A DNA stretch of 64,000 bases, taken from contig OZ024743.1 of assembly GCA_964016885.1 (NCBI GenBank), forward strand, positions 318,246,001 through 318,310,000. Direction: 5' to 3'. The stretch is from Eledone cirrhosa (Eukaryota). The position numbers and the translations under genes are program-made. This document shows positions 1 through 13,192 of the stretch, in pieces. The notes below the pieces were generated by a model that was given only the letters and a program-made list of their open reading frames with translations, was not told the origin of the DNA and ran no database searches. Each line of letters begins with the position of its first letter. Position 1 is the first letter of the stretch.

Positions 1-209
1 AAATTTAGAAGCTTCAATGGTTTTGTTTGGGTGGGGGGGCTCATTATGAAAAATAGTCTAACATATTGATTATAAAAGCCCCTGAATGGATGACACTCAA
101 TTTTTTTCTCATTTGAGAGAATTTTTTTCATAAAAAAAATAATAATCTTGAAGCTTCTAAATTGTTCAATAAATATATATCCACTTAATGTTTCTAAAAA
201 TAGATCATG

Positions 210-1083
210 CCATCATCATCATCATCATCGTTTAACGTCCATCTTCCACGCTTGCATGGGTTTGGACGGGAGTTTTCCCACTTGAGGCAAGATTGATTGT
301 CTTGCTCGCATAGGACTGTCTGGCGGGCTTTCTACGGCTGGATGCCCTTCTTAACACCAACCACGTTTACAGTGTGGACTGGGAGGTTTTTACCGTGTTA
401 CCTACACGGCCACATTACAGCGTGGACTGTGTGTTTTTTTGTCGTGACACCTACACGACCTCATTTGTTTCGGACTGGATGTTGTGGTACCAAGATAACT
501 TTACATTGAAAGGGGTGGGGATAGTGGGACGGGGGTGTATTTTGTTAGAGGTGCCTACTGACTGTTTTTCTGGGTCTGCCTACTCCGTGGCTACCATCTA
601 TTTTTATTGCCCTGCACTTTTTTATACAGCTGTCGTCTTTCATGCGCATCACGTGACCATACCAACGTAGTCTTCTCTCGAGTAAACAACATCTGATCCC
701 TCTTATTTCTAATTTTTCCCTTAGTTCGTTTATGCTTTGCCGTTCACGTATATTACTATTACACATCCAGCGGAGCATGCAAGCTTCGTTCCTCTCCAGT
801 CTGCGTATATCCTCTGCACACAATGCCCAGGTCTCACTGCCATGTAACATTGCTGTTCGCATGCAGGCATCATACAGCCTGCCTTTCATTTTTAGAGAAC
901 CTTTTAGCAGCTAATAGTGGTATAAGCTCTCTGAACTTTTTCCATCCAGTTCTGACTCTAGCTACTGTACTTTCAGAGCACCCTCCACCACTGCTGATTT
1001 TGTCACCCAGGTAACAGAAGCTGTCCACTATTTCTATAGATCCATCTGTGCAATGGAATGAGCTAGTATTCTGTGGGCACTTG

Positions 1084-1084
<1 letters not shown>
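210..1084 (-). mobile_element. RTE-clade LINE, 5'-truncated, frameshifted, with an internal deletion
   Basis: VDSFCYLGD...GWKKFREL...MLHGSETW...RRLRWYGHV; 3' UTR and (ATG)n tail at about 210-230; 5' end abuts (TA)n. Confidence 0.92.
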
Positions 1085-1146
<62 letters not shown>

Positions 1147-1321
1147 TATGTATGTGCATGTGTTTCTGTGTTTATGTATATATATAGAAGACACTTGTCC
1201 AAGGTGCTACACAGCATAACTGAACCCAAAACTTATGTGTTTGCAAAGAAATCTCTTTAACCACACACTCATTCCTGCACTTATATACATACTATTGAAA
1301 TAACTGCTAATTGCTCAAATA

Positions 1322-1518
1322 CGAGGGGCGGCTAAGAAGTTCATAGGCTGACTATGAAGGTGTGATGCTAGAGCTGTGAAATCTTGCATGCATTAATTTC
1401 AACTCTTATTAATAACTGCATTCTTTTTTTTTCCAGAGACTATGTTGAAAAATAAACCTCATTTGGTCGTTCCATGAGAGTAGCTTGGTCAGCCTCTGAA
1501 CTTTTCTGCAGACCCTTG
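1322..1518. mobile_element. mariner-like MITE (inverted copy at 59325-59522)
   Basis: TA|CGAGGGG..AAGTTCATAGGCTGAC...GTCAGCCTCTGAACTT..CCCTTG|TA. Confidence 0.8.
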
Positions 1519-2415
1519 TATGAAGTTAGAATATTAAAATACTGTGTGACACAATTTGTGTACATATTTATATATTTTTCAGAACAATGGAAAATCAGAA
1601 TTAAGTAGGACAAACATTAATGATAAGGTCCAATTTTAAATCAGATTGCAGATTTAACCTACCAAAAACTTACTGTCGTATCATGGTGCCTACTGTTGCC
1701 ACCAATAACACCACCACCAACAACATGAACAAATGATTTAATAAATAATTAGAATAAGAGTCTTAATAAAGCTTACAATTGTCAAAGGTTCCAGAAAAAT
1801 ATTTTCACAACCAAATTAACATATTTTATGTAAATAAATATAACAAGAGCAATACATATCCATTCAAATGTTTTTAAGGCCAATTTGCTTACTAAAGTAG
1901 GGACTAGCTTTGCAGGACCCACAAAAGTCTTCACATCTGTCAGTCTTTTTTGAAGCTGGATGCACTTCTAGATGCCAGCCACAGTGATACATGCATGGTT
2001 CTGTGACTCTTGAGAAAGTCATCAGGGTGCCATATTGAAATACAGCGTTTCTAGGGCATTTTAAAATCTGATGGAGCTCATCTCTTCCCTAGGTCTGAGT
2101 ACAGCAGATTTATTCCAGATAAATATAGAAAATGAGAGGAAGAAATTGAGAAGAGATATAGAGGAAGAATCGACCCCAGTACCAGACTGGTACTTTTTAT
2201 TGACTTCAAATGGATGAAAGGCAAAGTTGACCTCGGAAGGATTTGAATGCAGAGAGCCAAAAAGAATACAGCAAAGCATTCTATTTGACGTTCTAATAAC
2301 TGCTAATTCACCACCTAGGATATGTTCTTATTCTAAAGTGGATACAAACAGCATAAATTAAATAGTAAACTAAAACCAAAATAGCATTAAATGTTTCATT
2401 TTTGTATTTACTTAC

Positions 2416-2566
2416 TTTTTATACCAAGCTCTCCAGTCTCTTTAGGTTTATAATTATTAAATGCTATATTAGCAACATTTAGATCTAAATCTTCAACAAA
2501 ATGAATTTCAGCATCTTTCACTTGTTTAAAAATAACTGGTTCAAGAGAACCATGTCCCAAAATTGG
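2416..2566 (-). CDS. TAF6L: TAF6-like coding exon; gene continues beyond the left edge
   Basis: ttttcag|...A|gtaagt, 151 nt: PILGHGSLEPVIFKQVKDAEIHFVEDLDLNVANIAFNNYKPKETGELGIK; phases fit the preceding exon. Confidence 0.92.
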
Positions 2567-2666
2567 CTGAAAAAAATGAACAAAATTTAAATTAAATTTT
2601 ACATCTGCAATGGCAAAATGTTTACAATAATCCATGTAACATTAGAATAAACTGAATTGACTCTTT

Positions 2667-2893
2667 TAACTTTTAACATCCTGTAATGATTTATGAGAAA
2701 ACCTCTGAAAACATGTTTGTTAATTCAAATGTTTATTGTATATTTACCAGTGGATAGATTTTATGAAAATTTGTAGCATTAGACTAAAATAAAGACTTTA
2801 GTTTTTCATTTTACAGAAGCATATTCATGTTTTAAGCTTTTCAATAATGTCTTGCTATTGTGGTTTCATGTGGTACAGGATGTTAAGAGTTAA
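2667..2893. mobile_element. Second TTAA-flanked MITE (longer relative at ~45501-45915)
   Basis: AACTTTTAACATCCTGTA...TACAGGATGTTAAGAGTT inverted ends; shared interior. Confidence 0.7.
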
Positions 2894-3566
2894 TGTGATG
2901 TGCTAAATTCAAATCATTTTCTGGGCACATATTTTGCTCATGATTGAACATGTAATCCCTCTCATTCAATTGCCATATTATTACATACCCACATAAGTGC
3001 CCCCCACCCACCTCATCCATTCTCACTACATAATGGAATATCCCAGACACCTCTTAGAACACTTGCATGTCTGACAAAACACAGTCTCATGACTGTGACC
3101 CCCACCACCACCTTTTGTCTACAGTAAATGACTTGTCTTATTGGTGGTTGCTCTTCTTAGGTTTGGCTTAACTTGATAGCTAACTTTACTCATTTCAGTT
3201 AAACACCAGCTTCACTATTTCAGTTAAAACTTTTGTGGCCGTATTTCTAATATTCATCATTATTATATGTCAACTTTTCACACTGGCATGGTTTATATAG
3301 GTTACTATGGTCCCAAGACCAAATGAATTAGAGTGACCTCATCTGCTGCATAGATTCCATATTTGGCATAGTTTCTATAAGTTGTGTTAGTTAACAAAAC
3401 TATAAATGGTTTCCCAGCCTGGATTGGCCTCACAGCCATAGCGTCAGCCCAAAGATCCTCCACTCAACATTGAAGTCGTGGTTGTCTTCAACTCCAAAGG
3501 ATGACCATCAACAAGTACAGAAGCAACAAGATATATATTAGCTTACAGTAACAATTATATATTTAC

Positions 3567-3653
3567 CTGCATATCACTTGTTCGAAGAGCATCATTAATA
3601 TCTTCAGTTGTTAGACGTCGTCGCTTAGCATGTTTCATGAATTCAATACTATT
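3567..3653 (-). CDS. TAF6L: TAF6-like coding exon, histone fold
   Basis: atag|...CAG|gtaaat, 87 nt: NSIEFMKHAKRRRLTTEDINDALRTSDMQ (TAF6/TAF6L FMKHxKRRxLTxED motif). Confidence 0.95.
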
Positions 3654-4939
3654 CTATAATTAAATATATATAAATAATATACAATTAGCATGCTTCATAC
3701 AGTCAATATTATACTATAATTAAATATGTATAAATAATTGTTTCTACTTTAGGCACAAGGTCAGCAATTTGAAGGCGAAGGGAAAGTCGATTCAAGCAAC
3801 CCCAGTACTTATTGGTGCTTTATTTTATTGACCCCGTAAGGATGAAAAGCAAAGTTAACCTCAACAGGATTTGAACTCAGACCGTAAAAGGCTGTAACTT
3901 TATGCGGTAACAGTATCGGTAGAGGGCGTTCAACCCTCTACCGATACTGCCAATCAACACATTAATATACAACAATTAGCACGTCTCATACAATCAATAT
4001 TATATTATAATTTTTTTATTTACTTGTTAGTAAGTTATTATATTTCAAAGTGGTTTATACAAAAACAAAACACTATTAAAGGGAACAAAAATAATGAAAT
4101 GAAAAGAAAAGGAAAAAAGAATTAAGCTATGAAAGAAAGAGAGATAGACACTAAACCCCAATCTGAGTGGTGCCTCAGCCATGCCCCACGGACAAAATAG
4201 CAATGGCATTACCATGGATAATGGTCAGAGACAACCGCTGCAACAGCCACCCCACCTCATGGAGCTCCCTCCTCAAGTGGGCTGCCATCTTTTTAAATAT
4301 ATATAAATACAATTAGCATATTTCATGTAGTCAACACTACTCTATAATTGAATATCTATAAATAATATACAATAAATAGCTGAAAAGATTTCACTAAATA
4401 TAAAAATATACAAAAAAAAATAATGCTATGCACAACAAATAACTGCATTGTATCACTAATTGTATAAACAAATCCAATACATGCTGTAAAGTGGTTGGTG
4501 ACATAAGACAATTCAGGTCAGGAGACCATGTCTTGCTCATACGGATCTGTATTTTGGCTTGGTTTCTACAGCTGGATGCCCTTCCTAACACCAACCAATG
4601 TTACAGTGTGGGTGGAATGCTTTTTATTGTGATACTGAGATGACCATCTAACAGGGTGAACTGAGTGCATTTCGTTGTGTCACCGGCACAATATCCTTAC
4701 AGGATGGACTGGGTGCTTTTTGTTTTGTCACCAGCACGGTCTCCTTACAGAATGGACTGGGTGCTTTTTTTTGTGTCACCGGTACAACATACTTACAGAT
4801 GGACTGGGTGTATTTTGTCATGTCACCAGCATGGCTACCTTACAAGGTGGACTAGGTGCTTTTTGTTGTCACCAGCACAACCATTTTGGTGGACCAATTT
4901 GTAATAGTATATTTGTTTGATATATAGCATGCAATTAGT

Positions 4940-6200
4940 AGTTTATATGGTCTAATCATGTTAGTGCTGTGCAAGGCAGTGGGGTGACTAACCTAGCCAT
5001 ATGCAAGAACCCTCTTGACTACCATCAAGCGATCACACCACAACATTCTTTTTCAAGTACAGAAAGCTTCTACCAAAAGACAACACAATCACCACTGTCT
5101 GGTAACAGATTTCATGGTTGCTACACTAAAAAGCAGATCGGTTGGGGATGGGGGAGGGGTAGTGCAAACTATATACAACAGTGGTGTTGTCAGCAAAGTG
5201 AGAGTAGGTAATGAGTTTAGTGAAGAATGAAGACTTTAATGTGCTCATCAGGGCTCAGTCTTCAGCCAACTCCCATTTTTTATAGTCCTCCAGGCTATAA
5301 CAGAGGAGTTTAAGACTAGTTATCCAAGGTAACTTCTCTATGCTCATGACCTGGAAGAGTTATAGGGTCCTGCTAAATCTGTGGAAGAGCTAGAGAAGAC
5401 ATTCCTATTGTGAAAACAGAACTTAGAACCAAAAGGACTCAGAGTAAACTTAGAAAAGACTAGTAAGTAGAAAAGAAGACAGGACTCTGTTCCTATCAGT
5501 GCAGTGACTGTGCTCAATATGCAGAAAAGGAGTAGGTACAAATTCTATATGATGTATGCAAGAGGTATAGCAAGATTGTAAGCAGACTAACAGAAAAAGG
5601 TAGTATTTCTATATGGATCGTTAGTAAGAGCCCCAGTTAAATATACTTAATCTCATAGTAGTTGATAGCTTCTATTACTTAAGTTACCCAATTAGCAGTG
5701 GGGGGGGGGGGGGGGGGGTAATTGCTCTAAAATCATAGGAGCTAGAATAAGAACAGAATGAAAAAAGTTCAGTGAGTAACTTCTCTCTACAAACAAAAGG
5801 CCAGCTATATGATTCCTGCATGTGAAGTGCAATGTTGCATGGAAATGAAATATGGGCAGTGAGTGCAGATATGCGAAGGCTAGAGAGAAATGAAGCGAGC
5901 ATGCTTAGATGTTAATGTGTATAAGCAGTGAAACATGGATGATGTAAGAGAAAAACTGTGTATGAGAAATCAGATATAGTGTGTAAGAGAGGACTACGCT
6001 GGTGTGGACATATGATGAGAATGGATGATGATCATTGGGTGAAGTGCCAAGAGATCCTAGTTGAAGGAAGCTACAGTAGAAGAAGACCTTGGTAGAGGGA
6101 TGGTAAGAGCTGACCTCAAAATGCCTAACCCCACAGTGGTAATGACAAAGGAACACAACAAGTGGAGGGAGGCTGTGATGGAAAAAACCCATCCAACACC
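4940..6200 (+). mobile_element. Degraded RTE LINE
   Basis: Decayed RT nucleotide motifs (VSKVRVGNEFSEE, HQGSVLS, LLYA, MLHGNEIW) with many stops. Confidence 0.85.
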
Positions 6201-6236
6201 TATTTTAATATTAGAAACAAGAATTTCAATTCTTAC

Positions 6237-6446
6237 CTGAATTGTTTCCCTGATTCGATAGCCAAGATCCTCACTTAGAAGTAGGGCCCCATCATCTGTT
6301 AAATTACCAACTCCTTCTGCTTCAGCCATCACACGAATGGATTCACGAGAGAGTATAATGTACCGCTTCTCATTTATTACCTTCTTTTCCTCCGCATTCC
6401 CATGACTGATAGAGTCTTTGATATTATCAATGTCAGGATCTTTAAC
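6237..6446 (-). CDS. TAF6L: TAF6-like coding exon, start of histone fold
   Basis: atag|...|gtaaga, 210 nt: VKDPDIDN...RYIILSRESIRVMAEAEGVGNLTDDGALLLSEDLGYRIRETIQ, matching the TAF6L N-terminus as I recall it (RESVRLMAE...LLAEDVCYRLREATQ). Confidence 0.93.
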
Positions 6447-8520
6447 CTATGAAATAGAAAATATAACTGTTGTATCAAATTTTGATCCTCCATTATCTCA
6501 ACAAGAACTATCAGTGTATAAATTGTACCAGAAACTGAATAAGGTGAACAAAGACTTTGTTGATTTCAAACAGGCTATATTCCCTTAAAATATATTTATC
6601 TCAGCCTCACATAAAAGCTTAGAAACAGTTCTGTATGAGCAAGACATGGTCATCTGATCTGATTTGTCTTACAACAGGATAACTTGTCTAACCCATGCTA
6701 GTGTAGAAAAAAATGGATGTTAAACAGTCATGATTATGATAATGAAGTAGTATAGAATCATCTCTATGTTCTTGTGGAAACTATTCAGAAACTCAATGGT
6801 ATTATTTGTTCCAATGTAGAAATTACCAGTCTAAGAGAAAGAGAAATATTTTAAAACTGATCTTAAAAAAGTCTACCAATGTTGGAGGTGCAATTTATTT
6901 TCAAGGATCCACCCAACCATAAATAAGATCTTCCAATTTATGGTAGCTACAAAAACAGATTTAACTACAGAAACATTTAATTGTTCTGTATATATCCCTT
7001 CTACCTCCATTCTTCTCTCTCGCCTTTGTTTCTTCATATATATAAGAGGGCATTAGATACCTTTCCCAGCCTTACATAAAATTATAATGGAATGTTTTAG
7101 ATAAATATACTTTAAAATAGGCGCTGGTTTCAGGAGGTTTGGTATCAAAAAGGTTAAATATGAATAACAATGAATAAAGCATCAAAGAGTTAAAGTTCAC
7201 CACTACCATTTACTGAGACAATTACTGTGTATATAAAAGTCACATTTTTAGACTACATTTTTTAGGTTAAATTTATGGGATTGACTATTACATGGAGGGG
7301 CTAAAATTCATACTACAATCCATAATATTGTATCAATAAGTAAAAGCCTAAATAGACTCTAAATGATTAAAAGAAAAAAATCAATAAATCACAATAATAA
7401 TGGTTTCTAATTTAGGCACAAGGCCAACAATTTTTGGGGAAAGAGAAAGCTGATTAAATCAACCCCCAATACATTACTGGTACTTTATTTTATTGGCCCT
7501 ATAAGGATGAAAAGCAAAGCTAACCTCAGCGGGATTTAAGCTCAGAATGCAAAGGGATTAACTATATGCTATAAGGCATGTTGTCTGACGCTCTAACGAT
7601 TACTGCCAACCCGCTGCCTTAACAATGGTTTATGATTTAGGCACAAGGCCAGCAATTCGGGGAACGTCAATTAAATTGACCCCAGAGCATTACTAATACT
7701 TTATTTTATTGACCCTTAAGGATGAAAGGCAGAACTAACCTTAGCAGGATTTGAACTCAGAATGTAAAGGGCTGTAACTCTATACTGCAAAGCATGTTGT
7801 CCAACGCTCTACTGATTACTGATAATCCACTGCCCTAATTACAGTAATAATACCGATGTTTCTACACATCAAAATACATAAATATGGCAATATAGCATTT
7901 CATCATCATCACCGTTTTACGTCCATTCTTCCATGCTAGCATTATTTATATCATCATCATCATCATCATCAACGTCTAACGTCCGTGTTCCACGCTTGCA
8001 TGGGTTTGGACGGGGGTAGTCCCACTTGAGGCAAGAGTGATTGTCTTGCTCGCATAGGACTGTCTGGCAGGTTTTCTACAGTTGGATGCCCTTCCTAACA
8101 CCAACCACATTTACAGTGTGGGTCTGGGAGGTTTTTACCGTGTTGCCTACACGGCCACATTACAGCGTGGACTGTGTATTTTTATATATATATATATATA
8201 TAATTGTTTCTATTTTAGGCACAAGGCCAGCAATTACCCAGTACATTACTGGTACTTTATTTTATCGACACCGTAAGGATGAAAGGCAAAGTCAACCTCG
8301 GAGTTCAAATCTCGACGAGGTTGACTTTGCCTTTCATCCTTACGGGGTCGATAAAATAAAGTACCAGTAATGTACTGGGTATTTGCTGGCGTTGTGCCTA
8401 AAATAGAAACAATTATTTATATATATATATAAAATAAAGTACCAGTAATGCACTGGGTAATTGCTGGCCTTGTGCCTAAAGTAGAAACAATTATTTATAT
8501 ATATATTATATATATATATA

Positions 8521-8847
8521 TGGAGGCACATGGCTTAGTGGTTAGAGCATTGGCTTTGCAATCAAAAGGTTGTGAGTTCAATTCTCAGACTGGGTGATGT
8601 GTTGTTTCTTTGAGCAAGACACTTTATTTCACATTGCTCCAGTTTACTCAGCTGTAGAAATGAGATAATAGGGACTGGGGGTCCATATCATTCCACTGCA
8701 AAGTGGTCGTGGAGGTGCCACGGCAAAAAAGCACCCAGCACTCACTGTAAATGAGGTTGCTGTAGAAATCAAGCCAGAATCAGTTCCCGTCCCACCCTTG
8801 CAAGCAGGGAAACGCGGACATAAAATGATGATGATGATGATGATGAT
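8521..8847 (+). mobile_element. tRNA-derived CORE-type SINE with RTE tail
   Basis: A box TGGCTTAGTGG, B box GAGTTCAATTC, TTGAGCAAGACAC core, RTE-like tail with (ATG)n. Confidence 0.85.
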
Positions 8848-8984
8848 ATATATATATTTCCACTTGAGTACATCAAAACATAATAGAGTAGAATAAGTTA
8901 TTTCCTCATTGTAACCTTCATGTTCAGGATAATATCTTGATTTACCAATTTTGATCTGTATATGTATATGTGAATGTTGTGGGT

Positions 8985-11900
8985 ATAGCCATATTTCCTT
9001 CTCATTTCACGCCCAGCCACCCCACCTACACCACATTTGGTATACTTGCCCGACGCTGTATGATAACCACTCCCTTGTGAATATATTATCGAGCAGACAA
9101 GGGTGGACGGAGGCTCCGTAAGCCCTAGTGTAGGCAACCTGTCTAGGAGAGCTACCACTCCGAATAAATTGGTGCGGGGTAGAGAAGTCTCCTAAACCCA
9201 GTAAGACAACCTCTCTAGTGCGGGTGGCACGAATAAAAGCACCCAGTCCATGCTGTAAAATGGAGGGGTGGATAGGGCCCCTGAGTCCAGTAAGACGACT
9301 TCTCTAGTGCTGGTGGCACGAATAAAAGCACCTCCTCCATGCTGTAAAATGGAGGGGTAAAAGAGGGCCCCTGAGTCCAGTAAGACAACCTCTCTAGTGC
9401 TGGTGGCACGAATAAAAGCACCCAGTCCATGCTGTAAAGTGGTGCTGGTGTTAGGTAGGGCATCCAACGAGTATATATACTACTGCCAAACACTATGAAC
9501 GCAACGAATGAAATTTGCAACAACTGCGTAAACAGCAATAACACTAACCATGTTAGGGCTGTGCACGGCAGTGGGGTGGCTGTTGCGGCCATGTGTGAGA
9601 ACCCCTCGACCGTCATCAAGCAAGCGCATAACAGGAAAAAGAATGAGACGTCGCATCTCAGAGCTGCCACACTTAATGTTGGCACTCTAACAGGTAGATC
9701 TGGTGAGATACCGGAGATACTGGAGAGAAGGCATGTGGATGTGTGCAAGAGGTGAGATGGAGAGGTGCCTCTGCAAGACTAATCGCAGGCAAACATCGTA
9801 GTTATAAGCTTTTCTGGGTGGGTAATGATGCTGGGTTAGGTGGGGTGCACATATTACTGGCTGAGAGATGGATCAATAAGACAATAGAGGTAGTTAGTTA
9901 GAGTTAGTGATAGAATAATTAAGCTTAGATTAGTTGTAGGCAAGAGACTACTGACAATCGTATCTGCCTTTGTTCCCCAGGCAGGCCTAGGTAAAAAAGA
10001 GAAAGACTGCTTTTACGAGCAACTTTTACAAACAGCCTCAATGACAGAGAACAGAGACATTGTTATGCTAGCAGGGGACTTCAATGGACATGTTGGACAG
10101 CTCCAGGATGGATACACTTGGGTACATGGTGGGCACGGTTACGGCTCAAGAAGCCTACCAACCACCTAATAACCTACAAATCGGGCGAGCACATAAGCCA
10201 GATTGACTTCCTGCTAGTTAGACAGCGAGACAGACAGATGGTGTCAGATACTAAGGGAAGAATGTACCCCACAGCATAGGTTAGTCGTTAGTGACATCTC
10301 AGTAAGCATGAGAAAGAATGAGACATACAGGAAGGTGTGGAAAAGAAAGGTCTGGAAGCTAAAAGACCTTTCATTAAAATATAAATTTAGCAAAGCCCTT
10401 CAAGACGTGTATGACGAAAAAGAAGACGATTTAGAGTTGTATGATAGATGATAACTGGAATTTTTTGCATGACAACTTACTGTAGGCTACTGAAGAAACT
10501 TGTGGTTGGAACAGAGCTTCAACCAGACAGAGAGTGACCTGGTGGTGGAACAGCACGGTAGATAGGGCCATTAGAGACAGAAGACTGGCATGGAAGGCTT
10601 GGAAAAATGGTGAGAGTAGGGAAGGATACACAGCCGTTAAGAAAGAAGCTAGACGTCAGGTGTACTTAGCATGCAAGGAGGCTGAGAGTAAGAGGTTTGC
10701 CAATGTTCTGCGACGAGAAGATCAGAGACGTGTGGTGTTCCGCATTGCAAGGCAGTGTGTCAGTGCAAATCAGGATGTTGTTGGAGATAAGTGTGTCCGG
10801 AATGATGCCGGTGTACTTAGTGTCACGAATGATCAAAAAAAGGAGGCCTGGAAATGTCACTGAGAGACTGATGAATGTGGAGAACGAATGGGAGAGAGAG
10901 AAATTACCCCCAGTAGACCCAACGGAGGGACCAGCTATTGAGATTGACGAATATAGGGTACAAGAGGCAATTAAGGAAATGAAGAATGGTAAGGCTGCTG
11001 GACCATCGGGGATAGTTGCTGAGATGCTGAAGACATCAGGAGAAGTAGGCACTAAACTGGTTCCACGCATCATCAATCAGGCTATATATGGTGGTGTCAT
11101 ACCCAAAGACTGGTGCAGTAGTATTCTCATAAATTGCTACAAAGGTAATGGGGATGCTCTAGAGAGGAGCAATTATAGGGGCTTAAAGCTAATGGATCAG
11201 GTTTGAAAGTGGCAGAGAGAATATTAGCGCAACTGATTAGAGAAAGGGTCAAATTAGATGAGATGCAGTTTGGTTTTGTGCCCCGGAAAAGTACAACAGA
11301 TGCCCTCTTCTTAGTGAGGCAACTACAAGAGAAGTTCTTAGAGAAGAATAAGCCACTATAGATACTTAGCTTTTGTTGACCTAGAGAAGGCCTTTGATAG
11401 GCTACCCCGATGTCAAGTACCTAGGCGATCAAATTAGCATGCGAGGGGGGGTTCCAAGGTCATAGTATCTAGAATAAGGACGGGTTGGATGAAGTTTAGG
11501 GAGCTGCTTCCTCTGTTGACAAAGAAGGGTTTCTCCTTGCGTACGAAAGGATAGTTATATGATGCCTGTGTGAGATGCGCGATGCTGCATGGTAGTGAGA
11601 CATGGGCGGCAACTGCAGAGGATATGCGACGGCTAGAGAGAAATGAAGCAAGTATGCTCCGTTGGATGTGCAATGTCAATGTGCGTGAATGACCAAGCAT
11701 AGACGAGTTGAGAAAGAAACTGGGTATAAGAGGGATAAGCTGTGGTGTGCAGGAAAGAAAGCTGAGATGGTATGAACATGTGATGCGCATGGAGGATGAC
11801 TGCTGGGTAAAGAAGTGCTAAGAAATCCCAGTAGAAGGAAGATGCAGTAGAGGTAGACCACAAAAAACATGGGCGGAGGTGGTGAGAGCAGACCTCAGAT

Positions 11901-12023
11901 CGCTGAAACTCACCGAGGAGATGACTAAGGACCGTGACAAGTGGAGAGATGCTGTGCTGAGTAGGAGCCGTCCAACCCTTGCAAGCAGGGAAAAGCGGAC
12001 GTAAAATGATGATGATGATGATG
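8985..12023 (+). mobile_element. Near full-length degenerate RTE LINE (APE endonuclease + RT), internal deletion near 11.41 kb
   Basis: ATLNVGTLTG, GDFNGHVG, KAAGPSGI, NYRGLKLMDQ, FVDLEKAFD; three ~80-bp repeats in the 5' UTR; (ATG)n tail at 12006-12023. 5' boundary approximate. Confidence 0.93.
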
Positions 12024-12087
12024 TTGACATTTTGACTTTTATCCGATTTTTTTTGCAAAGAATAGAGGGTCTACTTACACACAAGTA

Positions 12088-12427
12088 CCGTATTTCCCCT
12101 ATTATAAGACCACGCCAAAAATAAACTCTACCGTGAATTTATGTTGCTGTCCAATATAAGCCCTATGCTGAAAATAAGTCCTAGTGCATTTTTGCAAGAA
12201 AAATTAATATAAAATGCAGATTTCCAATCTGGTAGATTACTAATATAATAAATTCTTTTTATGATAGTGTTTTTAACTTATAATATATATTCTTTATTTA
12301 TCTTTTATTTTTTATATCAGTATAATGATACTTTTGTTAAAATTCTTGTGCTCTTATTTTTTGTGTAAAAATATAAGAACTACCTCCAAAATAATATAAG
12401 ACATGTCTTATAATAGGGGAAATATGG
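12088..12427. mobile_element. pogo/Tigger-like MITE
   Basis: TA|CCGTATTTCCCCTATTATAAGAC...GTCTTATAATAGGGGAAATATGG|TA. Confidence 0.85.
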
Positions 12428-13091
12428 TATATACAGTAATCAAGCATCTTAATGAATCTGCCAATTCACCACAAATAATAATAGTTTATACTTTTGGCAC
12501 AAGGCCAGCAATTATCCCAGTGTATTACTGGTACTTTTGACCCCAATAATAATACTATATTTTTGGTGTATAAGACACTTTTTTTTACTTCAAAATTTGA
12601 TGCCAAACTGTCAATACTCTGCACATTAAAGACATGAATAGAACAATGCTATACTATAGCACTACAAAATATAATTTAGAGATATATCAGATGAAAGAAT
12701 GGTATTTAACTAATGTATTGGTACGCGATGGAGCCCACCCACAGCCCCGTCGGACAGAATGGAGAAGGCGTTTCCCCAGAGGACGCGTTGGAAAAGCCAC
12801 TCCAACTCGCGGGGCTCACACCTGCAGCTGGCCAGCTCTATAATTTAGAACAATACTATACAATAATATACTATAGATCAATACTATAGCACTATACTAT
12901 AGAACTATAATATAGAACAATACTATACTATAGAATTATAATATAGAACAACACTATACTATAGAGAGCCTATGAATAAGAAGAGCTGAATATAATTTTT
13001 TTTTTCCTAAATGTTTTCTTCAAGATAACATTGTATATTATACTCAAAAAATACAGTAATGTAATAAAAATAGTGAAAAGACAAAACTTAC

Positions 13092-13103
13092 CTTCGATGA
13101 CAT
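13092..13103 (-). CDS. TAF6L: TAF6-like, first coding exon (MSSK); whole exon 13092-13192
   Basis: Minus strand: tttctag|GAC...gcaaaATG TCA TCG AAG|gtaagt; phase 0 joins the 6446 exon in frame. Confidence 0.8.
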
Positions 13104-13180
13104 TTTGCCACAATTTGGTTTAATTTTAGTAAATAAAACTAATTGAGTTGTTTTAATTCATTCTTCATTACTCTGTTGGG

Positions 13181-13192
13181 TTATAATTTGTC
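13181..13192 (-). CDS. Candidate upstream ORF part 4 (DKL-stop)
   Basis: First 12 nt of the exon carrying the TAF6L ATG read GAC AAA TTA TAA. Confidence 0.45.
   Translation of the reverse strand, partial: DKL

Noticed and set aside
8521-8595. tRNA genes
   Set aside because: A/B-box sequences are SINE heads continuing into core and tail; no full cloverleaf.
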